NCBI GenBank assembly: GCA_036689325.1
Contig: CP144793.1
Span: forward strand, 159,578-223,577
Origin: Candidatus Stammera capleta
Lineage (GTDB): Bacteria > Pseudomonadota > Gammaproteobacteria > Enterobacterales > Enterobacteriaceae
Length of the DNA: 64,000 nt
Direction: 5' to 3'
Shown here in pieces: positions 31,956 to 40,372 of the stretch. Each line of letters starts with the position of its first letter. The stretch's first letter is position 1. The notes under the pieces are model-generated. The model did no database searches. It saw only the letters and a list, made by a program, of their open reading frames with translations, and was not told where the DNA came from. The translations under genes and the position numbers were made by a program.

Positions 31956-32366
31956 ATGAAGAAATTAAACAAAAAAAAAATAATTAAAGATTTTTTATTT
32001 TGTAAAAATAAAGAGGAAAAATTACTCTATCTAATAAAAATAGGTAAAAATATACCATTAAAAAAAACAGATATTAGACAAAAAGATAATATTATACATG
32101 GTTGTCAAAGCAACGTATGGCTCAAAATAAATATCACGAAAAACTTAGTAAATATTAATGCAGATAGTAACTCACGTATTATTAAAGGAATATTATTATT
32201 AATAATAATATTATTAAATAAAAAAAATATAAAAAAAGCTAAAAAAACAAATATAAATAAATTTTTTAAAAAAATTAAGATTTTACATTATTTGAGTTTT
32301 ACAAGAACAATAGGTATAAAAATAATATTAAAAATAATAAAATCAAAACTTTCAAAAAACATATAA
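31956..32366 (+). CDS. sufE: sulfur acceptor SufE
   Basis: 136 aa. IHGCQSNVWL compares with E. coli IQGCQSQVW. It lies downstream of sufS. Confidence 0.85.
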   Translation: MKKLNKKKIIKDFLFCKNKEEKLLYLIKIGKNIPLKKTDIRQKDNIIHGCQSNVWLKINITKNLVNINADSNSRIIKGILLLIIILLNKKNIKKAKKTNINKFFKKIKILHYLSFTRTIGIKIILKIIKSKLSKNI

Positions 32367-32560
32367 AAATTATATCTTTTTATTAAAAATTTCTAACTAA
32401 ATTTTTATTTATATAAATTTAAAATATTAATTAAACTAAATTAAACACCTACAAAATTTTTCAAATATATTATTTAACATATAATTATTAAACACTTAAA
32501 ACCAGAAAATTATTTTTATTTTTTCACAATAAATTCATTTTAATCACAAATAATAAAAAT

Positions 32561-34069
32561 ATGTATTTTATTTTAAAAATAATCAAAATATTTTTTTTAA
32601 CTTTTACTTCCAAAATATTAGGTTTTATTAGAGATATCACAATAGCAGCTATATTCGGTATGAATCATGAAACAGATGCTTTTTTTATATCTTTTAAGTT
32701 ATCAAATATCTTAAGAAAATTTTTTGCGGAAGGAGCATTCTCATATGTATTCATTCCGATGTTGAGTAAATATAAAAATAATAAAAATAAAATAAATGAA
32801 TTTATATCTTCTATTTATATTATATTATTAATATGTATGGTAATTATTTCATCTACAGGAATAATTTTTACGAAACAAATAATATGTATTACATCTCCTG
32901 GTTTTTTAAAACAACCAGAAAAATTATTACTAACTATAAAAATATTAAAAATAACTTTTTCTTATATTTGTTTAATTTGTTTAACATCATTTATATCTTC
33001 CATATTAAACACATGGAATAAATTTACACCCTCTTTTACTCATCCCATAATATTAAATATAACTATAATATTATTTACATTATATAATTATAAAAATACA
33101 CATCCAAATATTTTTATGTTACCTTGGGCAGTTATAATAGGGGGGATATTACAACTAATCTTTCAAAAAACATATCTTAATAAAATTCCAGTAAAATTAC
33201 ATTTTTCCCAAATAAATATAAAAAATAAAAAAATATACAAAACAATAAAAAACATGTTTTTAGCTATGTTAAATATTAGTGTAAACCAAATAAACCAAAT
33301 TATTAATATAGCAATATCATCTTATTTTATAAAAGGTTCAATATCTTGGATTTATTATGCTGATAAATTAACAGAACTACCAGTAAATATTTTAGGTACA
33401 ACTATTAGTACAATAATTTTACCTAATTTATCACAAAAATATCATCAAAAAGATAAAAAAGGTTTTTCTATATTAATTAATAAAATCATTAAAATAATAT
33501 TAATTATTAGCATACCTATATCTTTGGGAATAATAATTTTATCTAAAAATATAACTTTTATATTACTTAAACATGGAAATTTCTGTATTTTTGATATAAT
33601 TATGATTACAAAGATTTTGATTAATTATACACTGGGACTAACAGGTTTTATACTTTTAAAAATTTTTACCGCATGCTATTATTCCCAATTTAATAATAAA
33701 ACTCCAACAAACATATCAATAATAAATTTAATTATTAATCAAATTATAAATTTTTTTACTTTAAAAATATTTAAACATACAGGTCTAGCATTATCTACTA
33801 CCATTACAACATATATTACAGTTTATTTTATGTATAAAAATTTAAAAAATAAACATACATATAAACCAACTAAATTTAAAAAATTTATATCAAAAATATT
33901 ATTTGCTAATACATTCATGTTATTAACATTTTATAAATTAACACAATATGTTAATTTAACAAATAACTCTTATTATGTTTTTATTTTTTTCAAAGTAATA
34001 ATAGTGTTTATATTAGGATTAATATCTTATATATTTAGTTTAATCATTATTAATTTAGTCATCAAATAA
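32561..34069 (+). CDS. murJ: lipid II flippase MurJ (MviN)
   Basis: 502 aa. LGFIRDITIAAIFG..ETDAFFISFKLSNILRKFFAEGAFS, ILNTWNKF and WIYYADKL are collinear with E. coli MurJ. Confidence 0.92.
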   Translation: MYFILKIIKIFFLTFTSKILGFIRDITIAAIFGMNHETDAFFISFKLSNILRKFFAEGAFSYVFIPMLSKYKNNKNKINEFISSIYIILLICMVIISSTGIIFTKQIICITSPGFLKQPEKLLLTIKILKITFSYICLICLTSFISSILNTWNKFTPSFTHPIILNITIILFTLYNYKNTHPNIFMLPWAVIIGGILQLIFQKTYLNKIPVKLHFSQINIKNKKIYKTIKNMFLAMLNISVNQINQIINIAISSYFIKGSISWIYYADKLTELPVNILGTTISTIILPNLSQKYHQKDKKGFSILINKIIKIILIISIPISLGIIILSKNITFILLKHGNFCIFDIIMITKILINYTLGLTGFILLKIFTACYYSQFNNKTPTNISIINLIINQIINFFTLKIFKHTGLALSTTITTYITVYFMYKNLKNKHTYKPTKFKKFISKILFANTFMLLTFYKLTQYVNLTNNSYYVFIFFKVIIVFILGLISYIFSLIIINLVIK

Positions 34070-34109
34070 ATAATAGTTATTTAACAAATAAACATGTATA
34101 CCTTAAACA

Positions 34110-34370
34110 TTATTTATTATTTTTTCTTAAAGAAAAAATATAATCTACAATTAATTTAATTGAATCTAATTTTTCTATTTTTTCATCAGGTATTTCTATT
34201 TTAAATTCTTCCTCTAAAGACATAATTAACTCCATTAAATCTAATGAGGTTAATCCTAAATCTTTAGAAAAAGACTTTTTTTCTTGAATATTTTTAAAAT
34301 TAACATCAAATTGATTACTTACAATATTCTTTACACGCCTTGCTATTTCTTCTAAATTCATATTAGACAT
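34110..34370 (-). CDS. acpP: acyl carrier protein
   Basis: 86 aa. DLGLTSLDLMELIMSLEEEFKIEIPDE compares with E. coli [27 protein letters not shown]. The phosphopantetheine-attachment Ser is retained. Confidence 0.9.
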   Translation of the reverse strand: MSNMNLEEIARRVKNIVSNQFDVNFKNIQEKKSFSKDLGLTSLDLMELIMSLEEEFKIEIPDEKIEKLDSIKLIVDYIFSLRKNNK

Positions 34371-34462
34371 TATTCTGTTAAATAAAAATTAAAAATATTA
34401 AATATTTATTATAATAAATTAACTTATTTGTAAATATATTATCATAACTTTTAAAAATTAAT

Positions 34463-34630
34463 TTAATTTTTTATTTTTTTACCTCTATAAAAACCATTAT
34501 CATCCATATGATGATATAAACTAATCAATTTATTGCATTTATTAATATATAAATTAGGTAATTTTAAATAATCATGTGATCTACGACAACCTCTTCTATT
34601 TCTACTACATTTTTTTTTCTGTACTGCCAT
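34463..34630 (-). CDS. rpmF: 50S ribosomal protein L32
   Basis: Not in the ORF track (55 aa). Own translation: MAVQKKKCSRNRRGCRRSHDYLKLPNLYINKCNKLISLYHHMDDNGFYRGKKIKN, compared with E. coli [20 protein letters not shown]...GYYRGRKV. Confidence 0.9.
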   Translation of the reverse strand: MAVQKKKCSRNRRGCRRSHDYLKLPNLYINKCNKLISLYHHMDDNGFYRGKKIKN

Positions 34631-34640
34631 AATTAAACCT

Positions 34641-35570
34641 TTATATTATTTTATTAAAATTTAAATATTTTATTTTTTTTAAAATAAAAGAAAAATTTTT
34701 ATCTTTTTTAGCAAAAAAAGTTTGTTCAATTTTAGTAAAAGGATGTACAAAATGTATATAATAAGCATGTAAACACATTCTTTTTATTTTTAATAAGCTA
34801 TATATATATTTATTTAGTTTATAATTACCATAAATGTGGTCAAAAACTATAGGATAACCTTTTAAACTAGTATGTTTTCTGATTTGATGTTTATGACCTG
34901 TTATAGGATATATATATAAAAGAGTAAAATTATTAATATAATTTTTCACCTTAAATAAAGTTTTAGAATACTTTTTATTTTCTATACAACTATTTTTTTT
35001 TTCAGTAATTACAAATTTTATATTTTTAGGCCATAATCCATAAACTAAAGCAATATATTTTTTTTTTATTTTTTTATTAACAAAAAAATAATGAAATGTA
35101 CATAATGCATATCTACTTTTAGCTAACATTAAAACACCAGAAGTATTTCTATCCAATCTATGAATTAATTCAATATATAAATTATTAAATAAATATTTAT
35201 ATATATCTATTATATTATAATAAATATTTTTACCTCCATGTACTGACATACCATATGGTTTGTTTATTACTAAAATATATTTATCTTCGTAAATAATTAA
35301 TTTTTTAAATAAATTTAAAATATTTTTACTTAAATGAAATTTTTTCTGTTTATTTAATTTTATTAATGGCAAACGTATCATATCATTTAATAATAATTTA
35401 TATTTATACACCACACGCTTACCATTAATTCTAATATTTCCTTTACGTAATAAAGAATAAATTTTACATTTAGGTAAATTTTTTATTTTTTTTATCAAAA
35501 AATTATCAATACGTTGACCAACTTCATTAATATCAACTTTTATAAAATTTATAAAAAACTTTTTATACAT
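34641..35570 (-). CDS. rluC: 23S rRNA pseudouridine synthase C (RluA family)
   Basis: 309 aa. GQRIDNFL...LRKGNIRINGKR, HRLDRNTSGVLMLAK and TGHKHQIRKH. It is divergent from rne, as in E. coli. Confidence 0.88.
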   Translation of the reverse strand: MYKKFFINFIKVDINEVGQRIDNFLIKKIKNLPKCKIYSLLRKGNIRINGKRVVYKYKLLLNDMIRLPLIKLNKQKKFHLSKNILNLFKKLIIYEDKYILVINKPYGMSVHGGKNIYYNIIDIYKYLFNNLYIELIHRLDRNTSGVLMLAKSRYALCTFHYFFVNKKIKKKYIALVYGLWPKNIKFVITEKKNSCIENKKYSKTLFKVKNYINNFTLLYIYPITGHKHQIRKHTSLKGYPIVFDHIYGNYKLNKYIYSLLKIKRMCLHAYYIHFVHPFTKIEQTFFAKKDKNFSFILKKIKYLNFNKII

Positions 35571-35716
35571 ATATACAATATTAATAATATTCTTATTAAA
35601 TTAAAAAATTTTTCACATAAAAAAATTATTTATACTATAAATAAATATTTTGATTTTTTCAATAATTAATTACATTTTACATGTATATTATTCAAACAAT
35701 AAAATAAGGCGTAAAT

Positions 35717-37174
35717 ATGAAAAGGATGTTAATAAATGCTAATCAAAAAGAAGAATTACGAATAGCTTTAGTAGATGGACAAAAATTGTATGATTTAAAT
35801 ATAGAAAATACAGTAAATAAAAAAAAAAAACTAAATATATACAAAGGTATAATAACAAAAATTGAACCAAGTTTAGAAGCTGTATTTGTAGATTATGGTT
35901 CAAAAAAACATGGTTTTTTACCATTTAAAGAAATATCAGAAGAATATATTATAAATAAAAATAACAAAAACATAAATAATTTATATGTAGGACAAAAAAT
36001 AGTTGTTCAAATAAACAAAGAACAAAGAAAAAATAAAGGTGCTTTTTTAACTACGTTTGTGAGTTTAGTAGGAAATTACCTAATATTAATGCCAAATAAT
36101 TTTAATTTAGAAGGTATATCTAGAAAAATAGAAGGTCATAATAGATTAAAAATAAAAAAAATTTTACCTCATTTAAAAATACCTAAAAATATGGGAGTAA
36201 TTATTAGAACATCAGGTATAGGTAAATCTATTAAAATATTTAAATGGGATTTAGCGATAAGATTAAAGTATTGGAAATATATACAAAAAAAAGTAAAAAA
36301 TAAAAATGCTCCATGTTTAATACATCAAGAAAACAATATTTTAACACGCATATTTAAAGATTATTTATATTATGATATAAAACAAATAATAATAGATAAT
36401 AAAAAAATTTATACACTTTCTAAGAATTATTTAAATAAATTAGGCAAAAAAAATTTTTATAAAGAAATAAAATATTACGACAAAAAAATACCTTTATTTA
36501 ATTACTATCAAATAGAATCACAAATATTATCTGCATATAAAAAAGAAATAAGATTACCTTCAGGTGGATCTATTATTATAGAAACAACAGAAGCTTTAAC
36601 AACAATAGATATTAATTCATCAAAATATACAAAAGAAACAGATATAGAAAAAACAGCATTAAACACTAATTTAGAAGCAATAGAAGAAATAACAAAACAA
36701 TTACGTCTAAGAAATATAAGTGGTTTAATAGTAATAGATTGTATCGATATGTCAAGCACAAAAAACAAAAAAATTGTTAAAAAAAAAATCCAAAAAAAAA
36801 CCAAAAAAGACAAAGCAAAAATAAAAATTGGCTCTATATCTAAATTTGGTTTATTAGAAATGTCTAGACAAAGATTACATTATTCATTGCAAGAGTCATG
36901 TTATCATAAATGTTTAAAATGTCAAGGAATAGGAATAATAAGAAATATTGAATCATTATCTTTGTCAATACTTAGAAAACTAGAAAATATATTATTAAAA
37001 AAAAATATTAAAGAAATAGATTTAAATACTTCCCTTAAAGTTACTTTATATTTACTTAATAAAAAAAGAAAATATCTATATCAAATAGAAAAAAATTTTA
37101 AAACAAAAATAAACATTAATTATAGCAAAAAAATAAAAGATTCTAATTTTTTAATTAAAATTAAAAAATGTTAA
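35717..37174 (+). CDS. rne: ribonuclease E, catalytic N-terminal half only
   Basis: 485 aa (E. coli RNase E is 1061 aa). MKRMLINANQKEELRIALVDGQKLYDLNIE is nearly identical to the E. coli N-terminus. Also IYKGIITKIEPSLEAVFVDYG, TEALTTIDINS, FGLLEMSRQR and the CLKCQGIG zinc link. Confidence 0.93.
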   Translation: MKRMLINANQKEELRIALVDGQKLYDLNIENTVNKKKKLNIYKGIITKIEPSLEAVFVDYGSKKHGFLPFKEISEEYIINKNNKNINNLYVGQKIVVQINKEQRKNKGAFLTTFVSLVGNYLILMPNNFNLEGISRKIEGHNRLKIKKILPHLKIPKNMGVIIRTSGIGKSIKIFKWDLAIRLKYWKYIQKKVKNKNAPCLIHQENNILTRIFKDYLYYDIKQIIIDNKKIYTLSKNYLNKLGKKNFYKEIKYYDKKIPLFNYYQIESQILSAYKKEIRLPSGGSIIIETTEALTTIDINSSKYTKETDIEKTALNTNLEAIEEITKQLRLRNISGLIVIDCIDMSSTKNKKIVKKKIQKKTKKDKAKIKIGSISKFGLLEMSRQRLHYSLQESCYHKCLKCQGIGIIRNIESLSLSILRKLENILLKKNIKEIDLNTSLKVTLYLLNKKRKYLYQIEKNFKTKININYSKKIKDSNFLIKIKKC

Positions 37175-37248
37175 AATATAATATATTAAAAGTAAAATAA
37201 AATTTTAATATTTAACCACAAAGAGTATAATTTAAAATTATAAAAAAT

Positions 37249-39684
37249 ATGTATAATCATAAAAAAATAGAAAAAAAAATTCAACAACAACACACACAAA
37301 ACAAAAAATTTATAAAAAAAAAAAAATATTATTGTTTATGTATGTTACCTTATCCTTCAGGAAATTTACATATGGGACATGTGAGAAATTATGTTATAGG
37401 AGATATAATAACTAGATATCAAATATTAAAAAATAAAAATGTATTACATCCTATAGGATGGGATGCTTTTGGTTTGCCAGCAGAAAACGCAGCAATCAAA
37501 AAAAATATTTCACCATATAAATGGGTGATAAATAATATTTATAAAATGAAAAAACAACTTAAAAAATTAGGAATAAAATTTAATTGGGAAAAAGAAATTA
37601 CAACATGTGATAGTAAATATTACAAATGGGAACAATGGCTATTTATAACTTTATTTAATCAAAAATTAATATACAAAAAAAAAGCTTTAGTTAATTGGTG
37701 TAATCAAGATAAAACTGTATTAGCTAATGAACAAGTAATAAATGGCAAGTGTTGGAGATGTTATTCAACAGTATATTATAAATATATATCACAATGGTTC
37801 ATAAAAACCAAAAAATATGCTAATAAATTATTAAAAGGAATAAAAAAACTAAAAAATTGGCCTAAAAAAGTTAAAGAAATGCAAAAAAATTGGATAGGAA
37901 AATCTAAAGGACTAGAAATATTATTTTATATACCTAATTTTAAATATAAATTATATATTTATACTTCTAACAAAAAACTAATTAATAATCCTCGATGTAT
38001 ATCGATATCACAATATCACGATTTTATACAAAATAATATAAATAAAAAAACATTAAATAAAATTAATAATCAAAAATTTTTAACCCAAAAAAACAATTAT
38101 ATTGGTTTTGATACTCATATAAAAGCAATAAATCCTATTAATAATAAAATTATACCTATATGGATAACTAATTTTACTGAACAATTATATAATACTCAAG
38201 TTATTTTAATATTTTCTAATGTTTATAAAAAACATGATTATTTTTTAAAAAAATATCATTTATTAAATAAAACTTATAAAGAATTTAATTGTTTTAAAAA
38301 TATTAAAACATCTAAATATATAAAAAAAAAAACTCATTTTAAATTAAAAGATTGGGTAATATCTAGACAAAGATACTGGGGTGTACCAATTCCTATTATA
38401 AAAAAAAACAATAAATCATTTCCTGTAAAAATAAAAAAATTACCTATTAAATTACCTTTGAATTTAAAAATTAAAAATTCCAATTTAAACCCCCTTAGAA
38501 ATAATAAAAAATGGAGAAATATTTTTATAAGCAAAAATATAAAAATAAAAAGAGAAACTGATACTTTTGATACTTTTATAGAGTCATCATGGTACTATGT
38601 TAGATATACTTCACCTAATTATAATAATGGTATTTTTGATGTTAAAAAAGCAAATTATTGGTTACCAATAGATGTATATATAGGTGGAATAGAACATGCA
38701 ACAATGCATCTTATATATTTTAGATTAATGCACAAAATATTTAATGATTTAAAATTAATAAAATGTAAAGAACCAGCAAAAAAAATTATATGTCAAGGTA
38801 TGATACTTTCAAACACGTTTTTTTATTTTAAAAAAAATAAAAAAATATGGGTTAATTATAAAAATATTAAAAAACATAAAGATAAAAATGAATTTTATTT
38901 AAAAAAAAATAAAAAAATTAAAGTATATAGTGCCGGAATAAGTAAAATGTCAAAATCTAAAAAAAACGGAATTAATCCAAACCAAATAATTAAAAAATAT
39001 GGTGCAGATACTTTAAGGTTATACATTATTTTTTTAGCACCAGTAGAAAAAAATGTAGTTTGGGAAGATAAAGGAATAAAAGGATGTCATAGATTTTTAC
39101 ATCGTTTATTTAAATTAGTTATAAAATATAAAAACAAAAATTTTAAAAAAAATATTATATTAAAAAAAAATATAAACAGTGAATACCTAATTATAAAAGA
39201 GAAAATACTTTATATAATAAAAAATATGCAATTACAAAAAAATTTTAATGTTATTATTGCAAAAATTATGGAAATTAATAATTTTTTAATTAAAAATATT
39301 AACTATGAAAATAACAAAAAAAGATTAAAACAAAATATTAATAAATTACTAATAATGATTAATCCTTTCACACCACATATAAGTATTTACTTATGGAATA
39401 AAATAAATAAAAACAAAAAAATGTTATGGTCTGATTTACATAAAAATAATCTTAAAACAAAACATAAAAGCTATATTATTATTGTACAAGTAAATGGAAT
39501 AAAACGAGGTTTAATAAAACTAAAAAAACAATATGAACAAAAAAAAATAGAATCTAAAATAAAAAAAAAACAAATCTTAGATAAATATTTAGCAAATAAA
39601 AAACATACAATAATTAAAATAATATATATAAAAAATAAAGTGATTAATTTTGTAATAAATTTTCATGATAATAATAAAATATAA
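37249..39684 (+). CDS. leuS: leucine--tRNA ligase
   Basis: 811 aa. PYPSGNLHMGHVRNY (HIGH), GWDAFGLPAENAA, DWVISRQRYWG and KMSKSKKNG. Confidence 0.97.
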   Translation: MYNHKKIEKKIQQQHTQNKKFIKKKKYYCLCMLPYPSGNLHMGHVRNYVIGDIITRYQILKNKNVLHPIGWDAFGLPAENAAIKKNISPYKWVINNIYKMKKQLKKLGIKFNWEKEITTCDSKYYKWEQWLFITLFNQKLIYKKKALVNWCNQDKTVLANEQVINGKCWRCYSTVYYKYISQWFIKTKKYANKLLKGIKKLKNWPKKVKEMQKNWIGKSKGLEILFYIPNFKYKLYIYTSNKKLINNPRCISISQYHDFIQNNINKKTLNKINNQKFLTQKNNYIGFDTHIKAINPINNKIIPIWITNFTEQLYNTQVILIFSNVYKKHDYFLKKYHLLNKTYKEFNCFKNIKTSKYIKKKTHFKLKDWVISRQRYWGVPIPIIKKNNKSFPVKIKKLPIKLPLNLKIKNSNLNPLRNNKKWRNIFISKNIKIKRETDTFDTFIESSWYYVRYTSPNYNNGIFDVKKANYWLPIDVYIGGIEHATMHLIYFRLMHKIFNDLKLIKCKEPAKKIICQGMILSNTFFYFKKNKKIWVNYKNIKKHKDKNEFYLKKNKKIKVYSAGISKMSKSKKNGINPNQIIKKYGADTLRLYIIFLAPVEKNVVWEDKGIKGCHRFLHRLFKLVIKYKNKNFKKNIILKKNINSEYLIIKEKILYIIKNMQLQKNFNVIIAKIMEINNFLIKNINYENNKKRLKQNINKLLIMINPFTPHISIYLWNKINKNKKMLWSDLHKNNLKTKHKSYIIIVQVNGIKRGLIKLKKQYEQKKIESKIKKKQILDKYLANKKHTIIKIIYIKNKVINFVINFHDNNKI

Positions 39685-40372
39685 AAATTTTTTTAATAAA
39701 AATAATATAAACAAAAAATATAAATATTATTTTCTTGTAGGTAATAATAATTATTGTAAAAATATATGTAAAATCAAGATAATAAAAAAATATTTTACAA
39801 CAGAAAATGTAAAAAAATACTATTTTATAATAGATAAAAAATTTAAATGGAATAAAATCAACAAAAACATTAATAATATAAGTTTATTATATAAGTATAA
39901 ATTATTCGTGTTAAATTTTATTGAAAAAATAAATAAACTAAAAGATATCTTGAATATTTATATAAATAATCAACATAATAATAATATATTTTTTATATTT
40001 AATTTGGAATTTTCAATATATATTAATAAAATATCTTTTAATAACAATAATATAATATATATTAATTGTTCTAATCATAAAGAAAGTAAAAATTATATTA
40101 CATATAATAATAAATATAACAATATGTTTAAATTTGTAAAATTTTTAAAAAAAAAAAATATTAAATTTATAAAATACTTAAGAAAATTACAAAAAGATAA
40201 TACTCCCAAAATAATGTTCATTACTATGATATATAATTTTTTAAAAAAAATAAAAACAAAAAAAAATTTTTTTAACACTTTACAAAAATATGAAATAAAA
40301 ATAAAAAAAAATTTAAATCCCTCATGGAAGGAATTAGAAATTATTATCTTAAAAATTATTAACTATATTTAA
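39665..40372 (+). CDS. holA: DNA polymerase III delta subunit (shortened, divergent)
   Basis: 235 aa (E. coli HolA is 343 aa). It lies just after leuS as in E. coli (leuS-lptE-holA). The N-terminus MIIIKY......YYFLVGNNNY compares with MIRLYP......AYLLLGNDPLL, and SWKELEIIILKI near the C-terminus with VWAELEGLSLLL. Similarity is low, so the call rests partly on synteny. Confidence 0.6.
   Translation: MIIIKYKNFFNKNNINKKYKYYFLVGNNNYCKNICKIKIIKKYFTTENVKKYYFIIDKKFKWNKINKNINNISLLYKYKLFVLNFIEKINKLKDILNIYINNQHNNNIFFIFNLEFSIYINKISFNNNNIIYINCSNHKESKNYITYNNKYNNMFKFVKFLKKKNIKFIKYLRKLQKDNTPKIMFITMIYNFLKKIKTKKNFFNTLQKYEIKIKKNLNPSWKELEIIILKIINYI

Noticed and set aside
35717-37174. Whether the 485-aa RNase E/G family protein is actually RNase G (rng), which has a similar length
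   Set aside because: The N-terminus (MKRMLINANQKEELRIALVDGQKLYDLNIE) is nearly identical to E. coli RNase E rather than RNase G. The gene is also divergent from rluC, exactly as rne is. I therefore call it a truncated rne.
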